From: Octopus sinensis
Taxonomy: Eukaryota
Length of the DNA: 64,000 nucleotides
Direction: 5' to 3'
NCBI RefSeq assembly: GCF_006345805.1
Contig: NC_042999.1
Coordinates: 32,240,001 to 32,304,000 of the forward strand
Of the stretch, positions 1 through 12,680 are shown piece by piece. Position numbers and translations under genes: made by a program. How positions within the stretch are numbered: position 1 is the first letter of the stretch; each line of letters opens with the position of its first letter. The notes beneath the pieces were generated by a model. That model made no database searches. It saw only the letters and a program-made list of their open reading frames with translations, and was not told the origin of the DNA.

Positions 1-1720
1 GCGAGTTTTTAGTTGTATAATTTATTTATCTGTATGAGTGTGGGTGTGTAAATATTGTTGTATATATTGAGTTTAGTGAGTATGTATATGCGTATATGTG
101 AGGGAGTATATGTATCTGTTGTGTGTGTGTGTTTTTGCGTGTGTGTGTGTTTGTGTGTGAATGTGTATATGGGTTTGTTATTTAGGTTTTGGGTTGTATG
201 AGTTAATTTGTCTGTGTGGGAGGGAGTGGGTTTTGGTGTATATGGAGGTTTATAAGTTAGTTTAGGTATGTGTATAAGTCGTGGGTCTGTGGTTTACGTG
301 TGTGTTTGTGTGTGAATGTTTAGGTTAGGGGGATTACTATATAGGTTTGTTATAGAGTTTAGCAAAGGGAGATTTTATCGTTATATGTTTTTTAAGAGTT
401 TTGGTTTATCATGGTTTTTTTAGGGAATTCGTAGTAATTTGTCTATTTTCGATGTTGGTTGTTTTATTATATTGTTTCATTCATAATGTTTGAGTGGTGT
501 TCGTTTTGCCACGTGAATTTTATTTTTAATTCCATTTATTCCATTTCTCCATTCATTAATTTAGAGATGTTCGTTTCCAGAGCGGTTATACTTTTTATAT
601 ATATGTTAAGTTCCTTGGTAAAGTAATTTTGTTTGGTGTATATGTTGAGGCTTATATGTACTTGTGGGTGTGTGTGAGTGGGGTGGGAGTTTGTATTTGT
701 TATGGGTGTGTGGTTTACGAGTGGTTTTGTGTGTGAATGTATAGGTTAAAGGAATTGCTATATAAGTATGTTTTAGTGTTTAGTAAAGGGAGGTTTTATC
801 ATTTCTGTTTTGTGAGTTTTAGATTATCATGGTAGTTTTATAAAAGAATCCATTCATAATTTTTGTGTTTATTTGTCTGTGTGGGGTTGAGTGGGTTTTT
901 GGAGTATATGTTGAGGTTATATGTATGTATTGGTATGTGTAAGTGGTGTGGGTATTTGTATATGTCGTGGGTGTGTGGTTTACGTGTGTGTATTTGTGTG
1001 TGAATGTTTAGGTTAGGGGGATTGCTATATAGGTTTGTTATAGAGTTTAGTAAAGGGAGATTTTATCATTATATGTTTTTATGAGTTTTGGTTATCATGG
1101 TAGGTTTGATAAGGAATTTGTAGTAATTTGTGTCTATTTGCGATGTCTGTTGTTTTATTGCATTGTTTCATTCATAATTTTTAAGTAGTGTTCGTTTTAC
1201 CAAGTGAATATAATTTTTAATTCCATTTATTCCATTTCTCCGTTCATAGTTTTGAGTGATGTCCGTTTTCTAGAGCGTGAATGTGGGTTGTATGTGTGTG
1301 TGTGTGGGAGTATGAATAAGTATTGTGTTGAAGTATTTAGCTATTTTATTTATTTATAGTTGCCTAGACATTTTTATGTGTATGTATAGGGATATATATA
1401 TAGGTGTGTGATTTAGTGTATGTAGTTAGATATGGTTATATATAATTAGGTATATGAGTATGGGTGTATATATAGTTTATTATTATATTATTATTATTTT
1501 TTTGTTTTGTTTTATATTTTATATTTTATATTTTATATTTTATATTTTATATTTTATATTTAATTGTTGATAGGTTTTTTTAGTTTATATATTGTTTATA
1601 TATTGTTTATATATGGATTATAGATAGGTTATATATGGATTATATACTTATATTTTTTCATTCATACTTTAATTATTTTAAAATTATTATTTTTATATTT
1701 TAAAATATTGATTTTTTAGA
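1..1720. repeat. G/T-rich, strongly C-depleted block with diverged internal direct repeats (probably decayed PLE-associated sequence)
   Basis: ~281-585 recurs at ~968-1275 (gtgggt.tgtggtttacg...ttccatttattccatttctcc), with a partial third copy at ~704-830; the block ends beside a hammerhead motif. Confidence 0.5.
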
Positions 1721-1728
1721 TTGGAAGT

Positions 1729-1771
1729 CCACCTGAAGATTGTCGATCAAGACAAGAAACGATTGTAGTGG
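1729..1771 (+). ncRNA. minimal type I hammerhead ribozyme motif (PLE-type)
   Basis: CCAC-CTGAAGA-TTGTC(gatcaa)GACAA-GAAA-C(gatt)G-TA-GTGG: CUGANGA and GAAA core, 5-bp stem II, 4-bp stem I, predicted cleavage after A1767. Confidence 0.7.
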
Positions 1772-1864
1772 CGGTTTTTTTGACTATTTATTAAAATTTT
1801 ATGTATTGATTAAGTCTTTCCTTGTTTGTTTTGCAAAATAGTGGTTTTGTCTCGAATAATATTT

Positions 1865-1895
<31 letters not shown>

Positions 1896-4800
1896 GCATA
1901 TATGTATGTATTTATATCTGTGTATACGAAGACGAATGATTGATATGGTAAAATTATGAAGCTCATGCATTTTAATCAGGCGACAGAAAATTGTTGTTTT
2001 TGTAGTTGCATACTAAAACAAATTGTCCTTGTTCTTTTTAGAATTATAGAGCCTTAAATGGAAACTTAAAGTTTCAGCAACAATCGGTCTTTTAAATTGT
2101 GTATTTTATACCGATTGAATTGACATCTAACATTCTAGTCACGACCAACACACCTGTTTATGAATATTTCTTTCTAACTTTGCTTTTCCGAAAATTTCAA
2201 TTCTTGTCTAATGAAAATAGAGCATCAATTGATGAAATAGATGTGTCTCTGTTTCTTGCCCTTATAAAGTTTGGGAAGTTTTTCACTCATTCTCATAAGC
2301 AGTAAAATAAAGTAAATGACATTCTCACATTTGTTTGTATTTCAGAGGGAGAAAACGTTTTGAAGACAACGGAGATATTCCATGCAGTTTGAATTAAGTA
2401 TACAAATAAGATACAATTGATCTTCGATATGTTTCTTGTATTAGAATTTGTCACATTATATACACAACTTCATTAACAGGAAGAGATGAAAAAACAAGTC
2501 ATAATACCGGCTTTATTTATCTAATTCACAAAATTTAGGGCATGTGAAAACAGTTATTTTTACTATGTCAAAATGATTTTTATATTAGCGTCGATATATC
2601 AATACATAGCGCAAAACAGTATAGAAGAATGTTTTAAGAAATCTGTATTCTAAACTACTACACGATTATAAGAGTAATCGAATGGGCTTAGATTTTGGTA
2701 CATGTACGCTCTCTGCACCAAAAGGATTCAGACATAAAATCTATGAAAAGTTTATTATAATATTTATAATCATGGAATTGTTTAAATCAAATATATATGT
2801 AACATGCGCGAGCTCACATTTGCCGAAAAGTTATTCATTCTATTTATTCTTTTTTTATTTTTTTTGTATTCGTTATAAAATAGAAACGATATTTAGTCAT
2901 GTTCAATACGTTATTCATAATCGTTCCTAAAATCGATTTATCAAAGGTTTCTTTACATTTTTCTCCTTCCTACTCTCTTCTCTCCTACATTACAACAAAA
3001 ATAAACGAAAACGTATTGAGAGATGTGATACAAAAATAATTGTTTAATGATAAATTTTAAAATTGCTGTGACTTATACCACTTCCTCTGGAATATTTGGC
3101 AAAGTTATAATGTATCAATAGATATTCAACACGGAAGTCGACATCTATCATGATGGCAACTTGAGATTATTAAATAAACGACATCTTATTAATAAGATGC
3201 CTGTCACATTAACTATCAATCTGTAAATGAAAACATTGTATTTTATTAAAATTTCGCGTCTTCTAAAAATTTTAAATGCAAATCATGTGATTTATTATTT
3301 TAAAATCAAAATGCCAGTTATATTAAAACTTTTCGTGGTGAAATCATGTGGAGGAATGGAACGTTAATGTATCGAAAACCGATACAGTGTGTTCCTTAGT
3401 GAGATGAAAGAAGAGCAAAATTTGCATATATAAATGAAAGAAAATATAAAAGAAAACATTGGTCTTAGGCGTTGACGATAAAATACTAAAATTAAGATAC
3501 AAGGAATAATACCTTTTTTACCCCGTGTAACAGCTGACGTGAAATCAAATAATTCTGTTATAAAACGAAATAAAAATAAAAGAAAAAATAGAGAACATAT
3601 CACACATCTGAAATTAATATTCAGTCAATTCATCATTAAATCATATGCTAATGTATTTTTACCCAGTAGAGGGAAATGGCTTTATTGCCGAGTTGTTAAC
3701 AATACTCGTATTAAAATAACATAAGGCGTTTCCGATTATATTAAATTTTCTACTTTCAAAAGAATATTCAATTACCAGATGAAGCTGATACGCTTCTCAC
3801 ATTCTGAGTTCTGGGTTATATTTTAATATGTTTTTCTCATTCAATTTAATAAGCGCGTCATCCGTTACACCCACATATTTAATGGAATAATAATATATTA
3901 GACATAAGTAATATCGTATAGAAATATTTAGCTACACTGAAGTATATAATTTCGTATAATTACAATTAGATTACGTTAGAGTGGTGAAATGGTGTTTTAA
4001 TTCATTTTCAATCTAAATCTTTTATACATTTAATTCCGTGTTAACGAGATTTCTAAAATAATTTATCATTTCTGTGAGGTTTAATTTCAATATAATTTCA
4101 AATAATGGCTTTTGTGAACAGAAAATAAACGATTTAATATATAAGAATTTCAATATATTTTCCTTATATTATTAGTATACAGCGATATTTAAACATAATT
4201 TGTATAGCTATACTTATTTTCACTCACGCTGTACCTAAAGTTTCGACTACGGTCATATTTTGTTTAAGTTGTCTAAACCAAGTAACAGAGTTTATATAAT
4301 GTTTCATGTTGGTTTACGGTATACGTAATGTACGATACATCCGAGAAAATATGATTCATGTTAAGTTGACACAAGCTTTTGAAACATCACGAATGTAATA
4401 TTCCTTTCCCAATTTTTTTGAATCCAGACGCGTAGGTAACTTGTGTAACGAAATATTTTTCCTGTCTATAGAGGTTTCTATATACACAACAAATTACATA
4501 GCAGACATTTGAATGAAAATACATCTCCTCATAACATAACCTCACAAAAGGCATTTTACTATATCAGGAGCACATGACACTTTAAAAAGTTGGAGATTTT
4601 GGTGAAAATTACAGTTTTACTTTTTACTGCCAACGCGATATCACATGGCATTGATCATTATCATGACCGTATATACTATTAGATTTGTAAGAATATCATT
4701 ATAAATATATTTTACCTAATTATTTTGGAAAATACTTTTTGGATTTTAGATTAATAGTCAAGAAACATGCACGGCATTGACAGAGGTATTCTTTATCAGC

Positions 4801-5689
4801 TGACGTGAATTTCCACAGCTGGGTTTTGACTACTTATAACATTTTATTTAGAAACTGCTAATTGGATTGAGATGAAACTCTGGAGAGATTTTGTAAATAT
4901 AACATAGCATAATTTATAAAAAAAACAAGAAATGAATAAACGGAAAATACTGCAACTCTTTACACAAATGTATATGTCACGTTGCCAATTTGTTGCTGTA
5001 TAGAAAATCATGAATATTTTAGCTATATATGCAAACCTCGTACCCGCGACTCTGTCTTTAATGGATAAATTCTATACCTGAATATTTACAACAACAAGTA
5101 AATATCCTATAAATACTTATGCCTTTACATATATCAACGAGGAAGGCAATGAAAACATGTTCTTTTGCTAAATGTACATTGATGCTTAGCAACAATGTGT
5201 ATGGAAAATCATTTACAATGATGCTCATATATCGCAATTAGAAACGAAATTAAATTTGTGCAAAATTAAAGTGTTAATAGACATATCATATATATTTATA
5301 TATATAATACCTTCTTTCTACATAAGCATACTTGTTTGCAAATGTGTGTGTCAGCTAATGCATGTGTATAAGTTTTTATTTAAAGAAACCGTACGTTAAC
5401 TGAATCTAAATAGTCTGACATTCTAAGGTCAATCACTAAATAATTCTATGATTATTAAGATTGCGTGTGTCATATTGTCCGCAGTTATACATTAATTCTG
5501 ATAAAAATATACAGGAATACATATGTTTTGTAGAATTTATAGTAGATTATTAAAATATAAGAATTTAGTGTCCATCATCATATCAAAATTATGAACGTGA
5601 TAAGTTCATTACAAAAAACAGAATTGCGCCGTGCTCTAGGATAGATGGCGATCTTTTGGCAGGGGGACCATGGGGATTGTAATGTTTAC

Positions 5690-5870
5690 TATATCTCGTA
5701 TATTTTCTACCAGTGAAATTGGCTTTAAATTTAGGCTTAAGATCAGCAATTTAGTCGATTAGATCTAGCCCAGTTGTCAACTGGTATTTATTTCTTTGAT
5801 ACTGAAATTGATTAAAAGCAAAGTCGATCTCAGTGGAATTTGAACTTAGAAGGTAAATAGCAACGACGAT
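5690..5870 (-). mobile_element. degenerate tRNA-derived SINE (family A)
   Basis: aaagcaaagtcgatctcagtggaatttgaacttagaa is the reverse complement of the B-box/GTCGAC core seen at 11590-11620. Confidence 0.5.
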
Positions 5871-5884
5871 CCTAACACTGGTTT

Positions 5885-6081
5885 CCAATATTGGCACAAG
5901 GCCAGCAGGTTTGGGGAAGTGGATTAGTCTATTACGTCAAACGAAATGTTCAACTGGGACTTATTTTATCGAAACCGTAACGATGAATGCAATGACTAGC
6001 GCGGCGGAATCTAAACTCAGAATGTAAAGATGGACGAAATGACGATAAGCATTTTGCCCAGCTTGCCATGGATTTTGCCAG
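5885..6081 (-). mobile_element. degenerate tRNA-derived SINE (family A)
   Basis: acttattttatcg...cggcggaatctaaactcagaatgtaaagatggacgaaat...gcattttgccc matches the reverse complement of 11515-11670. Confidence 0.6.
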
Positions 6082-6115
6082 GAGTAATATTACACAAATA
6101 TTACAGGTAGATAAA

Positions 6116-6300
6116 GGCGGCGAACTTGCAGGATCGTTAGCACGTAGCGAGAAATCTTCAGCGGCATTTCGTCCCACTTTACTTTCTGAGTTAAAATTTA
6201 TCCTGGGTCGACAATGCTTTTCATATTTTCGGGGTTGATAAAATAAGTACCAGCTGAGTACTGGGGTCGATGCAATTTCTTATCCGCCCCCCCTATAGAA
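6116..6300 (+). mobile_element. tRNA-derived SINE (family A)
   Basis: GGCGGCGAAC..GGATCGTTAGCACG head, then gtcgac...ttcggggttgataaaataagtaccag...ctggggtcgat. Confidence 0.75.
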
Positions 6301-6970
6301 ATAACTGGACATCTTTCCAAAATTTTCAACCAATATTAACTTTCCTTCTACTGAACAGTCTAACCTTTGATAGACAATTTACGGAAGGTATTGACTTCTG
6401 TTTCGAATCATTATGAACGCTAGGAAGTCACATCTGTTTAATGAACATTTGTGCTACGTAAAACAAAAATGTTGGTACGTTGTTCGACATATCCATAGGA
6501 AACTAAACCATGGCTGGTGTTGCTGATTTAGTCGGAGTAGTTATTCTGGAAGCAATATTAGCCAGTATACAAGGGTGTGGCTTGGCAGTTAAACATGCTC
6601 CAGCAGATTTCGAAACCTAAATGCTTATATTCTCAAAAGATTCTGCGACAGATAGTCACCTTAGTTTCCTGGAGCTTGTAAATAAATACGCTCCTCCACA
6701 AAATAACAAGTAATGGGCGCCAATATTCTCTGTTTTATCGCGTGAATTATGAATTGGAAAGCTGATGATATTCAGACAAGACGCGTAGCATAAGGTGTCT
6801 AATGTACGGAAATATAGTTTCTCCTAAACATGGATTGTTTTTTCTTTTTAGATTTGTACTCTTGTGACTCGAAACATTTCCCCTTGCGAAGTGCTAATTG
6901 CTATTTTGTTAAAATGTATACATATGTATATATGGATGCGTATGCGTATGTATTTGTTTATGTGTGGCCA

Positions 6971-6976
<6 letters not shown>

Positions 6977-7024
<48 letters not shown>
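6977..7024. repeat. (TG)n microsatellite
   Basis: direct reading. Confidence 0.95.
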
Positions 7025-7027
<3 letters not shown>

Positions 7028-7202
7028 GTAAGTACGTATGTATGTGTACATTTAAGTGACACTCTGTTAGAGTACACGTATACGAACTGACTTCTTTGAA
7101 ACCAAGATCTGTAATGTCAATTTAATATAAATTTATGAAAACATTAACAAACAACCGCGAAACCCTTATTCACCAAAGACACAAACAAAAATGACGACTA
7201 TG

Positions 7203-7402
7203 GCAAACATTGTTGCACTACTTTACAACTCTTTAACCAGTGATGACCCCTAAAGAAATATTATACGCTATCGGCACCACAAATTGGAAACACATAGTTT
7301 TGGCTTAATATGTAGTCACTCGTATGTATGTATGTATGTATGTATGTATGTATGTATGTATGTATGTATGTATGTATGTATGCATGTATGTATGTATGTA
7401 TG

Positions 7403-7457
<55 letters not shown>

Positions 7458-8092
7458 ATATCTATTTCTCTATTTGTCTATCTATCAATCTATCTATTTA
7501 TCTATCTATATATCTATATCTATTTATCTATCTCTTCGGTCATCTGGCCATCTGAAAAACGCTATGAAAAAAGACCGTTATACAAAGAGAAATTACTGTG
7601 TTATAATTCCGCTACTTATATAAATTAAGGTTAAAAGTTCATAGTAAACACGTATGCATGCCCACTCATACGCTCACATGTTTTTTCTGTATTGTTACCT
7701 TTAACCATGTTTTTCTTCTGCTTGTGCGTATATAGACGTATGTATGAACATTTACGGTACGCGTCTGTGTGTAAAAGTTTGACCGAAGAGATGGTGTTGT
7801 GGATTTCAAACTTGGCATCCGATAGATAGATAAATAGATATATAGATAGATAAATAGATAGATTGATAGATAGACAAATAGATAGATAGATACATACATA
7901 CATTCATACATACATACATACATACATACATACATACATACATACATACATACATACATACATACATACATACCAATGGCTACATATTAAAACATAATTA
8001 TGTGTTTCCAATCTGTGCTGCCGATAGCGTATAATATTTCTTTAGGGGGCATCACTGGTTAAAGAGTTGCAAAGTAGTGCAACAATGTTTGC
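7203..8092. repeat. long inverted repeat (arms ~7203-7530 and ~7820-8092) including a compound (TATG)n(TATC)n microsatellite
   Basis: gcaaacattgttgcactacttt... versus ...aaagtagtgcaacaatgtttgc; roughly 90% identity by eye over ~120 bp of unique arm, plus mirrored microsatellite interruptions. Confidence 0.9.
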
Positions 8093-8317
8093 GTATACAT
8101 CAATATGCGAGTGAAGATGTGTACGTTTTCATAGTGAAGCTCTCACGAAAATCCAAACTTTGAGGGTGTATTTTCGCATTGTAAATTTACCTTCAAAAAT
8201 TCAATGTGCTGAAAAATAAATAACTTTTCTGAGGAAAACATAACTGCATGTTCTCCATTGACAAACGCTGGGACAAAAAATAAAAGCAAGAAGTTACACA
8301 CATACAAACACACTCAG

Positions 8318-8367
<50 letters not shown>

Positions 8368-8469
8368 ACACACACAAACACACACATTTAAACATCATTG
8401 TCCCAGTTTGTGAAACTAGCGTTCTTTTAAACAAACTAGCGAAGGTAAGTAACAACAATGAATCCACAT

Positions 8470-9307
8470 CTATGCTGTTTTCTTCTGCTCTAATGTTGTG
8501 TTCGCATCCAATAAGTCCTCTTCCCTGTATTTTTCTTGGTACATACAGTCAATCAGTGTCACTTTTTCGGTGGAGTATTCCAGATCTAGTTAGTAATACA
8601 CAGAATGAAACCGCCCAGGTGTTGATGGCTTCAATCTTATTCCGTCCGTTTAATTTCGACTTAAGGATCAGCCTCCCAAGTAATCTCCCTTAAATTTTCC
8701 TTTCATTTCTCTCTGCATCAATTTATCCATCTCTAAAATCCCAAAGTATATATAGCCCGTGTCTTCTATTTGCTTCATAACCTTCCCCGACGATATTGTT
8801 AGCCCGTACATACATTTGATCTTGCATCTTTGCAAGTCTAACACACCACACTTTCTCAGTTCGAATTCCATTGTGAAATCATCACTGGAACTATTCACCG
8901 TATCAAAGCGGGAACTGACTTGGTATTCGTATTTACCATAAATTTTGAGGTCATCTATGAATAACAAATGGTTGACTTTTTGTTGGCGGCTCTTGAACAC
9001 ATACCTAGCTTTCTTTCCTTTAGAATCAGTGTTATTGGTATCAAACACACTACAAAGTTCAGTGGTGCTAGGCAGCCCGCTTGTAACATGCCCCTCCTAA
9101 TTTCTATTATCCATAAATTTCTGTATGCTGTCAGGTCTGTCCTCCAATTCGCCATACATTTTCCAAGAAATCGCTCAACATTCGATGCAATACCAAATAG
9201 TTTCCTACATTCCATAATCCAAGAGTATAGTATCATAACGTACGCCTTACGATAGTCGATCCATGACATGGCTAAGTCACTTTTCTTCCTCTTGCAGTCT
9301 CTAAGTG
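8470..9307 (-). mobile_element. R4/Dong-type (REL-clade) non-LTR retrotransposon RT fragment, frameshifted
   Basis: DCKRKKSDLAMSWIDYRKAY..SWI, G..Q...LAPL.FV, NHLLFIDDLKIYGK, MEF.L.KC, GY.Y.GILE, KLNGRNKIEAINTWAV, LYVPRK..GRGL. Confidence 0.85.
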
Positions 9308-9394
9308 CAGTTGAAGCTGAATGCTGGAAAGTGGCAGCGACAGTAGCAAAATATCTTCATGTAATACAACACATACATTTAAACTTATAGCATT

Positions 9395-9765
9395 TTTCTC
9401 ATCATATGGTCAGTACTAGTACACACAATCATGTGGTTCTTTTTTAGACATGGTTCTCCTGGGTTATAATCTCGATGTTTCTGACATTCCTTTTTAATCA
9501 TACCTAGGTCGCCTGCAAAAGCAGGAACAGTCCTCACTTTAAGATGCGGCATCTTTGGTATTTCAATTTCCAGGCCCTTACATTTACTTAATTTGTCAAA
9601 TTCCTTTACGGATGTAATTGTATCACTGGGAAACCTTATATCTATTAGTCTTCAAGTATTTTCTTCCCTGTCTTTACAAATTATATCTGGTTGATTATCC
9701 TCGATTTTTTTGTCAATGTTGACTGGAAAATCCCAGTGGGTAGTGACATTTTTACCTTTTGCTTT
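9395..9765 (-). mobile_element. R4/Dong-type restriction-like endonuclease (C-terminal) fragment
   Basis: WDFPVNIDKKIEDNQPDIICKD..(stop)RLIDIRFPSD..KEFDKLSKCKGLEIEI..M.HLKVRTVP...G.LGMIKK. Confidence 0.75.
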
Positions 9766-9810
9766 TGAATTTATTATTAAATTCCTATGATTCGGCCCAA
9801 TGCAAGTGAA

Positions 9811-9985
9811 GGGTGCGGTCCCCTTTTATACCCTTCTCAATTATACCGGGTAAAGGGAAAGGGTATTGAAAAACCTCTCCCCTACACTCTCTCCTCTTCT
9901 GACCATACTCTCCCCTACACTCTCACCTCTTCTGACCATACTCTCCCCTACACTCTCTCCTCTTCTGACCATACTCCCCCTTACA
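9811..9985. repeat. dispersed repeat carrying a 33-bp minisatellite (3+ units)
   Basis: unit CTCCCCTACACTCTCTCCTCTTCTGACCATACT starting at 9877, 9910 and 9943; the 64-bp leader is shared with 13925. Confidence 0.85.
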
Positions 9986-10329
9986 TCTAGAATCACATGA
10001 GTGGCCAAATCTCCCCCGACTGTAACTTTCATAAATACTTAATATTCAATTTTTATTATTCATTCCAATTATAAGTTTTTAATAATTAAATGGTGTGAGA
10101 TAAAATCACAGATTTTTCAACATTTGTCTATATATAAGCGAAGCCTCATATAAAATATGTTTTTTCTGTTAACCTCAGAATTGAATGATTTTGATTTACT
10201 GTCAGCTGACATTTGGCCAATCCTGTATATATATGCATGGATTTGTACATGTATGTGCGCGCGTGTGTGTATAGATGTGTGCATATTTGATTGCGCACAC
10301 ATTTGTGGCGACAAATGTTGAGGGTTACG

Positions 10330-11010
10330 CGGGATTCACAAGTTCGTAGGATTAGTCTGCAGTCTGCATAAGCAGTCGTGGTTAGTAGAACTGTCCTTGT
10401 GTTGTTGGGCAGCTAGTGCTGAGTATCGGCCGATGCTCAGTTGGCATACTTATATTGTCGACAGACAATCGTTTGAAGTTCAACATCAAAGCTCACATCT
10501 CACTTTTACCATTAGATAGTTCGAATTTCTTGGTGAGAGATACTGTAAGTTGGAGGAAAATATGCAGTCTTACACGGAGACAGTGCTGGATGTGCAGGTG
10601 GGCTCCTGTGAATGATAGTTCGTTTGATGATAACGCTTTCGTTCTGAAGAACGTAGAATCTGAGAAAAATGGGATACGTGACGTAGTTCTCTCTATCCGT
10701 GAACCTAAGCGTTTGCATGTCCTATGTGCAACTTCCCTTGACGTTATGTGGGTAGAAGAGGTTATAGTACTTGACGCTTCTGTGCAAATGCTTCTTAATC
10801 AAAGACATGAACTTTCTGGTTACGTAGGTAAAAACTGTTTCATTAAGGGAAAGTTGAACTTTTTTCGGGTGCGGAGCAGGTGAGATTGGGGTTACTTCAC
10901 ATATATTGGCTTCTCGGTAACCCCAATGTGACATCGTAATGATGGGCGTCATTTTTGAAAATCTCCCAAACAGCTGAAAGGTTGGATATTCTTCTCTTAT
11001 GTGCCTCAAA
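10330..11010 (-). mobile_element. highly decayed Penelope-like element remnant (RT/GIY-YIG linker)
   Basis: FKNDAHHYDVTL/GYRE..., RKFMSLIKKHL.RS.KYYNLFYPHNVK.SCT resembles the PLE linker; many frameshifts. Confidence 0.4.
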
Positions 11011-11375
11011 CTAGGTTTCTAATAATAAGATGGGAGGGGTGATTTGAGTTTCTAAAGATACACATGGTTTCTTCGTTATGCATTTTGTAAAGATAAACGT
11101 ATCTTCTAAAAAGCTGACGATGGATAAGTTGTACTCACTGTTATTCACACGCCGAATCTTTCAATATTTTTATCAGTTTCTTCCTAAATTTGTCCATCGT
11201 TTCGGCATTCAAATGGCTTCAAACTGTCAGGCCGTTGTCCCTGAAAAGGACCTATGTATGTATGTTCGTGCATTTCTTGGGTTACACGGGATTCTTCTTT
11301 AGAGAAGATAAATAACCCGAAGATCTCACAGTCATAACATAGCTCCAATCGAAGCGTCTAACAATGATTCACACA

Positions 11376-11417
<42 letters not shown>

Positions 11418-11514
11418 ATATATATATGTGTGTGTGTGTGTGTATATGTATATCTATATATATATATATGTGTGTGTGTGTATTAATATGTATATATGTG
11501 TATATTCATACATA

Positions 11515-11745
11515 GGGCAGCGAGCTGGTAGAAACGTTAGCGCGCCAGGAGAAATGCTTAGCGGTATTTCGTTTGTAGTTACGTTCTCAGTTCAATTTCC
11601 GCCGAGGTCGACATTGCCTTTCATCCTTTCGGGGTTGATAAATAAAGTACCAGTTTCGCACTGGGGTCGATATAATCAACTTGATCCCTTTGTCTGTCCT
11701 TTTTTTGTCCCCTCTATGTTTAGCCCATTGTGTGTAGTAAAGAAA
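11515..11745 (+). mobile_element. tRNA-derived SINE (family A), best-preserved copy
   Basis: A-box-like AGCTGGTAGAAACGTTAGC, B-box-like GTTCAATTTCC, core gtcgacattgcctttcatcctttcggggttgataaataaagtaccag. Confidence 0.85.
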
Positions 11746-12243
11746 TATACATGTGTATATTCATACATATATATATATGTGTGTGTGTGCGTATATATAC
11801 GCTCCAGGTATCTGAGTCAGGTAAGTTTGTAAGCATCAAGCAATACGCAGACAATATATAGAACAAGAAATGGAGAATATACGATTTGATGAATAACAAT
11901 ATATTGGCACCTAAAGTTACACATTTTTACCCACATGGATGTTGCAAAGAAATTCGATCAACTGGTTTCTTTACAGTTCACTGTTGTTCTGTAATGATGT
12001 TGAAAATTTGAATAAAATTCCAAATTGAGGAAGTGCAACAGACTCAATATACGGTACATATGCTTTTAACTAGCGGAAGCTCATTATGGATGTGTTATGC
12101 ATAAAACTTGCATAATCAGCTTCAGCTAGTGAAGAAACACATGTAGCCTATATTTTTACCTCCTCCACACCTTCGATTTATGTGTGTGTATTTGTTTGTG
12201 CGTACATGCGTGTGTGTGTTTATTCGTCCGTGTTTGTGCCTGC

Positions 12244-12282
<39 letters not shown>

Positions 12283-12500
12283 TGTATGTTCGTGTGTTTG
12301 ATTCTGCGTGCATGTGTGTGCATTCGTTAAAATATATTTGGAACTACATTTTTTTCCCACAATTTTGCCAAAAGTAAATATCCAATATAAAATTAGAAAT
12401 TCTCCTTTAAAAAAATTACTTTCCCAAACGAAAACAAACCAGATTATCACAATATATTATCATTAATAATTTTCACATTACAGTTACAAAAATAGCTAGA

Positions 12501-12680
12501 ACAATTCAGCACAACACGGACATACTCAATCACGTATATACACACATCCACACATACACAGACACACACGCACTCATACAATTAATTTAAACAACCAGCA
12601 CAACACGGACATACTCAATCACGTATATACACACATCCACACATACACAGACAGACACACACTCATACAATTAATTTAAA
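12501..12680. repeat. 90-bp tandem duplication
   Basis: cagcacaacacggacatactcaatcacg...catacaattaatttaa occurs twice in tandem. Confidence 0.9.

Noticed and set aside
2346-2397. Possible terminal exon GRKRFEDNGDIPCSLN* after a good acceptor
   Set aside because: Too short, two frames equally plausible, no upstream partner in the window
9877-9985. CRISPR-like array
   Set aside because: Units are contiguous without unique spacers; it is a minisatellite in eukaryotic DNA
10416-10883. 155-aa plus-strand ORF
   Set aside because: Antisense to a decayed PLE-like remnant; no recognisable motif
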